Positions 22,273 to 29,809 of a stretch of 29,809 nt of DNA are shown here, in pieces. Numbering within the stretch: position 1 is the stretch's first letter; each line of letters opens with the position of its first letter. The DNA is from an uncultured bacterium (lineage in GTDB: Bacteria; Chloroflexota; Chloroflexia; Thermomicrobiales; UBA6265). The notes below the pieces were generated by a model that was not told the origin of the DNA, made no database searches, and saw only the letters and a list, made by a program, of their open reading frames with translations. The translations under genes and the position numbers were made by a program. The stretch spans positions 1 to 29,809 of the forward strand of contig CBFGRG010000001.1 of NCBI GenBank assembly GCA_965651105.1, read 5' to 3'.

Positions 22273-23724
22273 TTGACCACCACGTGGAGACCCAACATCG
22301 TCGTCTTGATGGCCGACGACCACCGGGGCACGGAGATGAGTCACCTGCCTCACGGGCAGGCCCGGACGCCGGTGCTCGATGCCCTCGCAGCACGTGGCGT
22401 CTCGTTCGACGGCGCTCACTGCCAGGGATCGATGATCCGGGCCGTTTGCGTGCCGAGCCGCGCCAGCCTCATGACCGGACGGAATATCTTCGCGTCGTCC
22501 AGCGACCCGACCGGCGGCGACTTCCAATGCGCCATCACCATTCCGCCCGACCTCGAAACCTTCCCCGAAGCGCTCCGCCGCGCCGGGTATCGCACCCACG
22601 CCGTGGGCAAGTGGCACAACGACACCGCGTCATTCCAGCGCTCCTTCTCCAGCGGCGACGCGATCATGTTCCTGGGCATGAGCGATCACCATGAGGTACC
22701 GACGTGGACCTATGATCCTGACGGCGAATACGCAGGCGCGAACGCCTGGAACTTCGATGAGCCACATACGGAAGAGGACACGGCCGGGAGCTATGTGTAC
22801 CGCGAAGGCTTTTCCAGCGACATCTTCGCGGACGCCGCGATCGACTTCCTCGGTCAGGACCACGGCGACGATCCGTTCCTGATGTACGTCGCCTTCACCG
22901 CCCCCCACGACCCGCGCACGCCCCCGCCGGGATGGGAGGTCGACCCTCAATCGATCGAGTTGCCGCCCAACTTCCTGCCCGAACATCCCTTCGACAACGG
23001 AGAGATGGAGGTGCGGGACGAGCTGCTGGCGGAATTCCCGCGCTCCGAAGCGGAAATCCGGCAGCACATCGCCGACTACTACGGCATGATTGCCCACCTC
23101 GATCACACGATTGGTCGCATCGTCGGCGCGATCGAGGAGCACGGCCTGGCTGACGACACCGTGATCATCTACACCGGCGACCACGGGTTGGCGGTGGGCC
23201 AGCACGGCCTGATGGGCAAGCAGAACCTTTACGAGCACAGCCTCCGCGTCCCGCTGGTGATAGCCGGTCCCGGCGTTCCGGCCACCGGTGTCGTCCACGG
23301 ACTTTCATGGCACGCGGATACCACGGCGACGATCTATGCGCTCGCGGGCTTGCCGCCCAACCCATCGGCGGAAGGCACCTCACTGATCGACAGCAACGGA
23401 GTCATTGCCGCACCTCGGCGGACACTTGGGGCCGCCTACGAGTACAGCCAGCGATCGTTTCGGGACCATCGGCACAAGCTCATCCGCTACTGGAAGGTCC
23501 GGGACACTGTCCCGAATCCAGGCACCACGCCGGGAACCGACATGGTCCAGCTCTATGACCTCGAGCGCGACCCGTGGGAGATGGACAACCTCGCGGACGA
23601 CCCGAGTTACGCGGAGACCCTCGAGCGCCTCAATCACGGGCTCCAACAGTGGCAGCGAGATGTCGACGATGTCCAGCTCGCTTTCCACCCAGGGATCGGT
23701 GACGCGACAGGAGCATGTTCATGA
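22273..23724 (+). CDS. formylglycine-dependent sulfatase family hydrolase 2 (cytoplasmic)
   Basis: Probable TTG start at 22273 (GAGG upstream); PNIVVLMADDHR; CVPSRASLMTG; GKWH; APHDP; TGDHG; GKQNLYE. Confidence 0.92.
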   Translation: MTTTWRPNIVVLMADDHRGTEMSHLPHGQARTPVLDALAARGVSFDGAHCQGSMIRAVCVPSRASLMTGRNIFASSSDPTGGDFQCAITIPPDLETFPEALRRAGYRTHAVGKWHNDTASFQRSFSSGDAIMFLGMSDHHEVPTWTYDPDGEYAGANAWNFDEPHTEEDTAGSYVYREGFSSDIFADAAIDFLGQDHGDDPFLMYVAFTAPHDPRTPPPGWEVDPQSIELPPNFLPEHPFDNGEMEVRDELLAEFPRSEAEIRQHIADYYGMIAHLDHTIGRIVGAIEEHGLADDTVIIYTGDHGLAVGQHGLMGKQNLYEHSLRVPLVIAGPGVPATGVVHGLSWHADTTATIYALAGLPPNPSAEGTSLIDSNGVIAAPRRTLGAAYEYSQRSFRDHRHKLIRYWKVRDTVPNPGTTPGTDMVQLYDLERDPWEMDNLADDPSYAETLERLNHGLQQWQRDVDDVQLAFHPGIGDATGACS

Positions 23725-23873
23725 GCGTTTGACGATTGGGGCACCGATGTACGGGACATTACAGGGGCCACGGGGCTGAACGTTCGCAACGGATCAGCAT
23801 CGTATCCATGGGGAGGCAAATACCGGCATCGAGCAGGCAGTCCGCGGAGTAGCCCAGACAGGAGACCACGGCA

Positions 23874-25184
23874 ATGACCAGGATGAATCGACGACGTTTC
23901 ACAAGTAGCGCGGTGGCGGCTGGCGCGGCGGCGGCCGTTGGTGGCGCGGCGAGCGCGTCGTCCCCGAAGCGGAGTGCCGCCCCGGCGGTGATACGGGCGC
24001 AGAACGCCCCCGTCGAGATCGTCTTCTCCAACATCTGGGGAACGCCGCCGGGTGGTGACGCCCCGGAAAACAAGCACCCGGTCGACCTGGTGATCGAGGC
24101 GTTCAACGAGCAGAGCACCGACGTCAAGGTCACGGGCCGCGTCGACGGCGGGTACTACGAGGGGCTCCAAAAGCTCCAGGCCGAGCTTGCGGCGGGATCT
24201 CCACCCGCCCTGTGCATCACCCCGTGGAACAGCATCAACTGGGCCGATGCAGGGCTCGGCATCATCAACCTTGAAGACATCGCCGGTGACGAGGTTGCCG
24301 AAGTCTTCGGGAACCTCAAGGATCAGGTGATCCCGTTGGTGCAGATCGATGGGAAGACCAAGGGCGTGCCGTACGCGTTTTCGACCCCGGTTGTCTATTA
24401 CAACAACGATATCCTCGCCGACGCGGGTGTCGCGGCCGAGGATCTGTTCCAGAGCTGGGCTTCGTACAGTGAGGAAGGTCTCAAGGTCCAGGCGGCGACC
24501 GACGGCAATCCGATCTTCGGGTTCCTTGGCGATAGCCAATGGACAGCCCAGAGCCTCATCCAGTGCAATGGCGGCTTTGTGCTGAACGAAAATGGCGAGC
24601 CTGTGATGGACAGCCCGGAGGCCATTGCGGCAATGCAGGCGGTTGCCGACATGGATAGCCAGGGGCTGTATGACAGGTCGACGGCGAGTGAGGTGCGTGC
24701 ATCGTTCACCGCTGGCTCCACTGCGTCGTGGATCGGCAGCATCGCCTCGCTCGGTGGGCTCAAGAACACGGTCACCTACGACCTTCAGACGTCGACATTC
24801 CCGGTGTTCGACGACAAGCCGCGCATGATGTCGAGTGGTGGATCGTTCATCGGGGTCTACGCGCGCGAGGAAGAGCAACAGCAGGCGGCCTGGGAGTTCC
24901 TCAAGTTCGCGTTGTCGGAAGAGGGGTACTCGATCTGGATGCAGACGGGCTATCTCAACGCGACCAAGTACGACCTTCCCATCATCGAGGGCCAGGAAGC
25001 GGCGTACACCCAGCTCGAAGAGGGTCTGACCCGCGAGACGCCGTGGCCGACTGCGCGCGGCGGCGAGCTGCTGGCGATCTGGCAGAACTACGTGTCCCGT
25101 ATCTGGGCAAATGACATCAGTGCCGAGGAAGGGTGCCAGCAAGCGGTCGAGGAGATCAACGCGGTTATCGAATCAGCTGGCTGA
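23874..25184 (+). CDS. ABC transporter substrate-binding protein (family 1, UgpB-like), Tat signal
   Basis: MNRRRF Tat motif; PYAFSTPVVYYN; SGGS; TGYL; RBS CAGGAG. Confidence 0.88.
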   Translation: MTRMNRRRFTSSAVAAGAAAAVGGAASASSPKRSAAPAVIRAQNAPVEIVFSNIWGTPPGGDAPENKHPVDLVIEAFNEQSTDVKVTGRVDGGYYEGLQKLQAELAAGSPPALCITPWNSINWADAGLGIINLEDIAGDEVAEVFGNLKDQVIPLVQIDGKTKGVPYAFSTPVVYYNNDILADAGVAAEDLFQSWASYSEEGLKVQAATDGNPIFGFLGDSQWTAQSLIQCNGGFVLNENGEPVMDSPEAIAAMQAVADMDSQGLYDRSTASEVRASFTAGSTASWIGSIASLGGLKNTVTYDLQTSTFPVFDDKPRMMSSGGSFIGVYAREEEQQQAAWEFLKFALSEEGYSIWMQTGYLNATKYDLPIIEGQEAAYTQLEEGLTRETPWPTARGGELLAIWQNYVSRIWANDISAEEGCQQAVEEINAVIESAG

Positions 25185-25217
25185 TCACTCGCGCCAGGAA
25201 ACGAAAGGACTGCAGAC

Positions 25218-26507
25218 ATGTCTGGCATCACCCGACGAACCCTCATTGGCCGCGCGGGAGCAGCCGGCGCGGCACTCGCGGGAGGCGCATCGCTTGCCGG
25301 CCTCTCGCCCGCGGTCATGGCAGCGCAGGACGTGACCGAGATCACGTTCTACAACATCTGGGGAACGCCGCCGGGCGGCGAAACCTCGGACACCAAGCAT
25401 CCGGTCGATCAGGTCATCGACGCATTCAATGAGCAAAGCACCGACATCAAGGTGACCGGGGAAACGCCGGGGAACTACTTCGAAACGCTCCAGAAGGCGC
25501 AGGCGCAGATCGCCGCCGGCGATGCGCCCGCGCTGATCACGACGCCATGGGCGAACATCAACTACGCCTACGAAGGGCTCGGGATCATTCCGCTCGAGGA
25601 CATCGCCGGCGACGAGGTGGCAGAAGCGTTCAGCGCCTTCCAGGAGCAGGTCATACCGCTGGTCCAGGTCGATGGCAACACCGTGGGCATGCCCTACGCA
25701 TTCTCCTGCCCGGTCATCTACTACAACGCGGATGTCTTCGAAGAGGCCGGCGTGGATCCGGACGAGATGTTCGCGACGTGGGCCAGCGTGCTGGAACAGG
25801 GACCGGCCATTCAGGAAGTGCTGGACGGCAATCCGATCATTGGCGAGATCACCAATCCCGACTGGCCCGCCCAGAGCATCATCCAAAGCAACGGAGGAAC
25901 GGTGCTCGATGACGACGGCGTGCCGGTGATGGACAGTCCGGAAGCCATCGAAGCGCTCCAGGCGATCGCCGATCTCGACAACGCGGGCCTGTATGACCGG
26001 TCCACCACTGCTGAGCGACGCGCGTCGTTCCTCGGCGGATCGACGGCCTGCATCATCGGGAGCATCGCGTCGCTGGGGGGCCTGCAAAACAACGCAACGT
26101 TCAACCTGCAGACCCACACCTTCCCGACCTTCGGCGACAAGCCGCGCAGGATGGCAAGCGGCGGCTCCTTCATTGGGATCTACGCCCGCGAGGAAGAGCA
26201 GCAGCAGGCGGCATGGGAATACCTCAAGTTCGCCATGTCCGAGGAGGGCTACGGTATCTGGATGCAGACGGGATACCTCAACCCCACCACCTACGACCTG
26301 CCTCGCCTCGAAGGCCAGGAGGCGGCCTACACCCAGCTCGATGAAGGCCTCACGCCCGAGACGCCGTGGCCGACCGCGCGCGGCGGCGAGCTCCAGGCGA
26401 TCTGGGGCGATTTCGTCGCCCGGATCTGGGCAAACGACATGAGTGCCGAAGACGGCTGCGCACAAGCGGTCGAGGAGCTCACGGCCATGATCGAACAGGC
26501 GAGTTAA
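25218..26507 (+). CDS. ABC transporter substrate-binding protein (family 1, UgpB-like), Tat signal, paralog of 23874..25184
   Basis: ITRRTL Tat motif; GNYFE; PYAFSCPVIYYN; SGGS; TGYL; RBS GAAAGGA. Confidence 0.88.
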   Translation: MSGITRRTLIGRAGAAGAALAGGASLAGLSPAVMAAQDVTEITFYNIWGTPPGGETSDTKHPVDQVIDAFNEQSTDIKVTGETPGNYFETLQKAQAQIAAGDAPALITTPWANINYAYEGLGIIPLEDIAGDEVAEAFSAFQEQVIPLVQVDGNTVGMPYAFSCPVIYYNADVFEEAGVDPDEMFATWASVLEQGPAIQEVLDGNPIIGEITNPDWPAQSIIQSNGGTVLDDDGVPVMDSPEAIEALQAIADLDNAGLYDRSTTAERRASFLGGSTACIIGSIASLGGLQNNATFNLQTHTFPTFGDKPRRMASGGSFIGIYAREEEQQQAAWEYLKFAMSEEGYGIWMQTGYLNPTTYDLPRLEGQEAAYTQLDEGLTPETPWPTARGGELQAIWGDFVARIWANDMSAEDGCAQAVEELTAMIEQAS

Positions 26508-26535
26508 GCCGCCTCGAACGGACCGAAAACCGTCT

Positions 26536-26582
26536 CACGGCCCACCACTCGTTCGCCTCGGCTGAACTGGTGGTGGGTCGTG
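26536..26582 (+). other. intercistronic stem-loop after the SBP genes
   Basis: CACGGCCCACCACTCGTTCG pairs with ...GAACTGGTGGTGGGTCGTG (about 19 of 20 pairs, counting G-U); no U-tract. Confidence 0.55.
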
Positions 26583-26627
26583 CGAGGGGCACAGCAATCA
26601 CTTCACACCACGGGGCAAGGAAGCTGG

Positions 26628-27581
26628 ATGGCGAGCATTCGCGTCACAACCCAGGGCGACACGTCGCCGAGCGACGTCAAGCGCCAGCGGTTCACCTGGT
26701 ACAGGATCAGGGAGGGCGCGACGCCCTATCTGCTCATCGCACCATTGCTGATCCTGGTGGCGATTTTCATTTACTGGCCACTGTTGTATTCGACGTATCT
26801 CTCGTTCTTTGACTGGAACTTCGTTCGCCCCGACAAGGACTTCGTCGGTTGGGACAACTACACCCAGCTGTGGGGTGATCCGCGCTTCATGCGCGCACTC
26901 AACGGAACGTGGATCTATTTCGTCACGCTGATTCCGATCCAGGTCTTTCTTCCACTCGGGCTGGCCATGCTCCTTTGGCCGATCCGACGTGCCCCCGGAC
27001 AGCACGCCTACCGCGTCGTCCTCTTTTCCCCAACGGTGGTCGCGTGGTCGGTGGGCGCGGTGATGTGGCTGTGGATCTTCAATCCGCTGCAGGGCCTGCT
27101 CAACAAGGTGCTCGCCGAGTTCGGTGTGGAGCGCATCAACTGGCTTTCGGATCGTGACACCGCGATCTGGACCGTGATCGTGGTGGCGACGTGGAAGACG
27201 CTGGGCTTCAACCTGCTGCTCTACCTGGCCGCGCTCGAGGCGGTGCCGCACGACTATGTCGAGGCGGCGTCACTGGATGGCGCCAGCAAGTGGCAGATCA
27301 TGAAAACCATCCGCTTCCCGCTCATCACACCGACATTCTTCTTCGTGCTCGTCACCACCGTGATCTCGGTGAACGACGACGTCTTCGGCGCGATCAACGT
27401 GCTCACGGAGGGAGGTCCATTCGAATCCACCACCAACATCGTCTATTACCTCTATGAGCAGGGATTCAGGTACTTCCAGATCGGTGACGCGAGTGCTGTT
27501 TCCATCATCATCTTCATCGCCACGGTCTTCCTGACCTGGCTGCAATTCCGCTTCATCGAAGGACGCGTGCATTATGGCTAG
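26628..27581 (+). CDS. carbohydrate ABC transporter permease (UgpA/MalF-like)
   Basis: ATG 26628 after AAGGA; FVGWDNY; GLLN..WLSD; EAA motif YVEAASLDGAS; YYLYEQGF. Confidence 0.93.
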   Translation: MASIRVTTQGDTSPSDVKRQRFTWYRIREGATPYLLIAPLLILVAIFIYWPLLYSTYLSFFDWNFVRPDKDFVGWDNYTQLWGDPRFMRALNGTWIYFVTLIPIQVFLPLGLAMLLWPIRRAPGQHAYRVVLFSPTVVAWSVGAVMWLWIFNPLQGLLNKVLAEFGVERINWLSDRDTAIWTVIVVATWKTLGFNLLLYLAALEAVPHDYVEAASLDGASKWQIMKTIRFPLITPTFFFVLVTTVISVNDDVFGAINVLTEGGPFESTTNIVYYLYEQGFRYFQIGDASAVSIIIFIATVFLTWLQFRFIEGRVHYG

Positions 27582-28446
27582 CATGGTGACCGCACCCAGG
27601 TCCCGAGCCGCGCAACGGGGAGACCGCGCGAGCAATTTCGTCGTGCACGTGGTCATCATCACGATCTGCGTGCTGACCATCTTCCCATTCTTCTGGATGT
27701 TCTCCACCTCCTTCAAGCAGGCGAACGAGGTCTTTACCAAAGACATCCAGCTGATCCCCCTGAACCCGACGTTGAGGAACTATCCGGATGCCTTCAGCTA
27801 CTTCCCGGTCGCGAACTGGTTCTGGAACAGCTTCGCCATCTCTGTGTTGACGACAGTGGGCAAGCTGGCGATCAGCATACCCGCGGCGTTCGCCTTCTCT
27901 CGGCTGCGATTCCCCGGTCGATCATTCTTTTTCGCCGTGGTCCTTGCGACGATGATTGTGCCCGGCGTGACGCACATCGTTCCGAATTATGTGCTCGTCT
28001 CGAATCTGGGGTGGCTCAACTCCTGGGCGGGTGTCGTGATCCCGTCCCTGCCAGCCACGGCCTTCTACATGTTCCTCATTCGTCAAAGCGTGATGACCCT
28101 GCCGCAGGAGCTGATCGACGCCGGCCGCCTCGATGGCGCCTCGACCCTCCAGCTGCTCTGGCAGATCGTCATCCCGAACATCCGGCCCGCCATCGCTGTC
28201 GTCAGCATCCTGTCATTCCTCGGGGCGTGGAACCAGTACCTGTGGCCGCTGCTGGTGTTGAACGATTTCGAATCGAAGACACTGGCCGTGGGCATGCAGT
28301 TCTTCACGTCGAACACCGAGTCGGCCCAGCTCTGGGGACCGATGATGGCGACCGCCGCGATCGCGACCATCCCGCCGCTGCTCATCTTCGCCCTTGCCCA
28401 AAAACAGATCATCTCCACGTTCGTCACCTCGGGCATCAAGGGCTAG
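27574..28446 (+). CDS. carbohydrate ABC transporter permease (UgpE/MalG-like)
   Basis: 8-nt overlap with the upstream gene; PFFWMFSTSFK; AFAFSRLRFPGR; ELIDAGRLDGA; WNQYLWPL; SGIKG C-terminus. Confidence 0.93.
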   Translation: MASMVTAPRSRAAQRGDRASNFVVHVVIITICVLTIFPFFWMFSTSFKQANEVFTKDIQLIPLNPTLRNYPDAFSYFPVANWFWNSFAISVLTTVGKLAISIPAAFAFSRLRFPGRSFFFAVVLATMIVPGVTHIVPNYVLVSNLGWLNSWAGVVIPSLPATAFYMFLIRQSVMTLPQELIDAGRLDGASTLQLLWQIVIPNIRPAIAVVSILSFLGAWNQYLWPLLVLNDFESKTLAVGMQFFTSNTESAQLWGPMMATAAIATIPPLLIFALAQKQIISTFVTSGIKG

Positions 28447-28477
28447 AGCCCACGGTGACGCCAGAAAGAGGCCCATT

Positions 28478-29809
28478 GTGACCGAACGAGACCTTGCCAG
28501 CCGCCTGCTCGCACACGTGCGCGAGCAGGCCGAAGCCCTGCCCGTCGCCGGAATGCGTGAGCGAGTCTTCAACCGTCGGACATTCCTCTTCGGTACCTCG
28601 GTATCCGGATTGGCGTTTACCCGAACGGTCGGCGCCACGCAGACGGCGAGTCCAGGTGCCTCCCCGGTGGCGGATCCAGCGACGAGAGAACACCTCTTCT
28701 CGCTCGGTATCGCCTCCGGCGATCCCACCCCTGATGGGGTCGTGCTGTGGACCCGCCTTGCGCCCCGCCCCTTCGATCCCGATGGCGGCATGGGCACGGC
28801 GCCGGTGGAAGTAGAGTGGGAGGTCGGATCGGACGAGGGGATGACCTCGATCGTCCAGCATGGGACCACCACCGCCCAAGCCGAGTGGGCGCATTCCGTC
28901 CATGTCGAGGTGACCGGCCTGAAGCCGGCAACATGGTACTGGTACCGCTTCCGCGTCGGCGACGTTGAAACCGCCATCGGCCGCACGCGCACCGCCCCGG
29001 CCACTGGCGACGGGGTCGACCGCCTTCGGTTCGCGTTCGCATCCTGCCAACGCTGGGACGTCGGACTCTACACCGGCTATCGCGACATGGCGTCCCAGGA
29101 CATCGACCTCGTGGTGCATCTGGGCGACTACATCTATGAGTCCGCACACAGCAGCCGCGACATCCTGCGCGAGGGGGATTACCCGGTCTCGGCGATGCTG
29201 GAGATTCGGACGCTCGAGAGCTATCGCTCGCGTTACGCCCTCTACAAGCTCGACCCGGACCTGCAGGCTGCGCATCAGCGGGCGCCATGGATCGTCACGT
29301 GGGATGACCACGAAGTGAACAACAACGTCTTTGGCATCATCAACAGGGACGAGCCGGCGGCACAGGCACTGCTCGAGCGGCGAGCCGCGGCATATCAGGC
29401 CTACTACGAGCATCAGCCACTCCGTGCGGCGGCGCGCCCCACCGGACCGGACCTCCAGCTCTACCGCCGGCTCTCCTTCGGCAACCTGCTCGACTTCAAC
29501 GTGCTCGACACGCGCCAGTATCGCTCTCCGCAGGGCATCGCCTGCGACGACGAGACCCGCGCCGCGAACGATGGCTTCTGCCCGGATTCGCTCGACCCCG
29601 AGCGGACGATGCTCGGCGCCGACCAGAAGCGGTGGCTGCTCGACGGCTTCGACGCCACCACCGCGCGGTGGAGCGTGCTGGCACAGCAGGTTCCTTTCGC
29701 GCGCATCGACAACGACGCCGCTCCGGACGTCGCGAGCTTCGGTGGCAAGGAGATGGACAAGTGGGACGGGTACGCCCACGAGCGCGAAGAGGTCGCGGCG
29801 GCCATGGCC
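28478..29809 (+). CDS. phoD: PhoD-family alkaline phosphatase/phosphodiesterase, Tat-exported, 3' end runs off the window
   Basis: Not in the track because it has no stop in the window. From GTG 28478 (alternative ATG 28553): ...FNRRTFL (Tat)...FSLGIASGDPTPDGVVLWTRLAP...YWYRF..GRTRTAP..FAFASCQ..HLGDYIYE..WDDHEV..LDTRQYR..MLGADQKRWL..WDGY; frame open to 29809. Confidence 0.95.
   Translation, partial: MTERDLASRLLAHVREQAEALPVAGMRERVFNRRTFLFGTSVSGLAFTRTVGATQTASPGASPVADPATREHLFSLGIASGDPTPDGVVLWTRLAPRPFDPDGGMGTAPVEVEWEVGSDEGMTSIVQHGTTTAQAEWAHSVHVEVTGLKPATWYWYRFRVGDVETAIGRTRTAPATGDGVDRLRFAFASCQRWDVGLYTGYRDMASQDIDLVVHLGDYIYESAHSSRDILREGDYPVSAMLEIRTLESYRSRYALYKLDPDLQAAHQRAPWIVTWDDHEVNNNVFGIINRDEPAAQALLERRAAAYQAYYEHQPLRAAARPTGPDLQLYRRLSFGNLLDFNVLDTRQYRSPQGIACDDETRAANDGFCPDSLDPERTMLGADQKRWLLDGFDATTARWSVLAQQVPFARIDNDAAPDVASFGGKEMDKWDGYAHEREEVAAAMA

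Noticed and set aside
23740-23753. Degenerate operator GGCAC-CGAT-GTACG upstream of the first SBP
   Set aside because: Three mismatches to the consensus; plausible weak site but not supportable from sequence alone.
3554-26627. Longer N-termini given by the track for oxidase, ThuA, M20, FGGY, GDPD1/2, SorC, both sulfatases and permease 1
   Set aside because: The extensions lack homology-like sequence, run over promoters/operators or neighbouring genes, and better RBS-start pairs exist downstream.
1086-29779. Many long track ORFs antisense to or overlapping real genes (e.g. 1086..2093+, 2592..3569+, 5216..6322-, 9159..10637+, 14657..15883-, 23634..25142-, 25185..26465-, 28436..29779-)
   Set aside because: Shadow ORFs expected in high-GC DNA; no recognisable motifs, and the opposite strand encodes clear protein families.
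1-29809. CRISPR arrays, IS elements, prophage or defence genes; the NB-ARC protein as an Avs-like antiviral STAND
   Set aside because: No regularly spaced repeat-spacer array, transposase or phage gene seen. The STAND protein has a DNA-binding wHTH-BTAD N-terminus rather than a nuclease or protease effector.

Overview
GC-rich bacterial window. Tat-exported substrate-binding proteins and 'ASPxASP/ATP' low-complexity linkers suggest Thermomicrobiales (Chloroflexota); this is inference. There are three blocks. (1) 1-8278: an AfsR/SARP-type STAND regulator (wHTH-BTAD-NB-ARC-TPR) sits divergent from a BBE-type FAD oxidase, two paralogous SAM methyltransferases, three small unannotated ORFs of one apparent family and a SemiSWEET/PQ-loop-like membrane protein. 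Two near-identical triple-repeat promoters with SARP geometry (1204-1248, 5181-5225) link this block. (2) 8360-12893: ThuA-like protein, M20 peptidase, a copper-chaperone trio (SCO, an apparently circularly permuted PCuAC, a cupredoxin-like protein lacking its His ligands), tRNA-Leu(UAG) and a SnoaL-like protein. (3) 13018-end: a ~17 kb catabolic cluster encoding a HAD-IIA phosphatase, AraM-type sn-glycerol-1-phosphate dehydrogenase, DerI-like RpiB isomerase, FGGY kinase, 2 GDPDs, SorC-family regulator, 2 sulfatases, 2 UgpB-like SBPs, 2 permeases and Tat-PhoD. A TGCAC-N4-GTGCA palindrome lies in four promoter regions of this cluster. It looks like an undescribed polyol-phosphodiester (teichoic acid/lipid head-group-like) scavenging regulon. 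No mobile element or CRISPR array was seen. All motif matches were made by eye, with no database searches.
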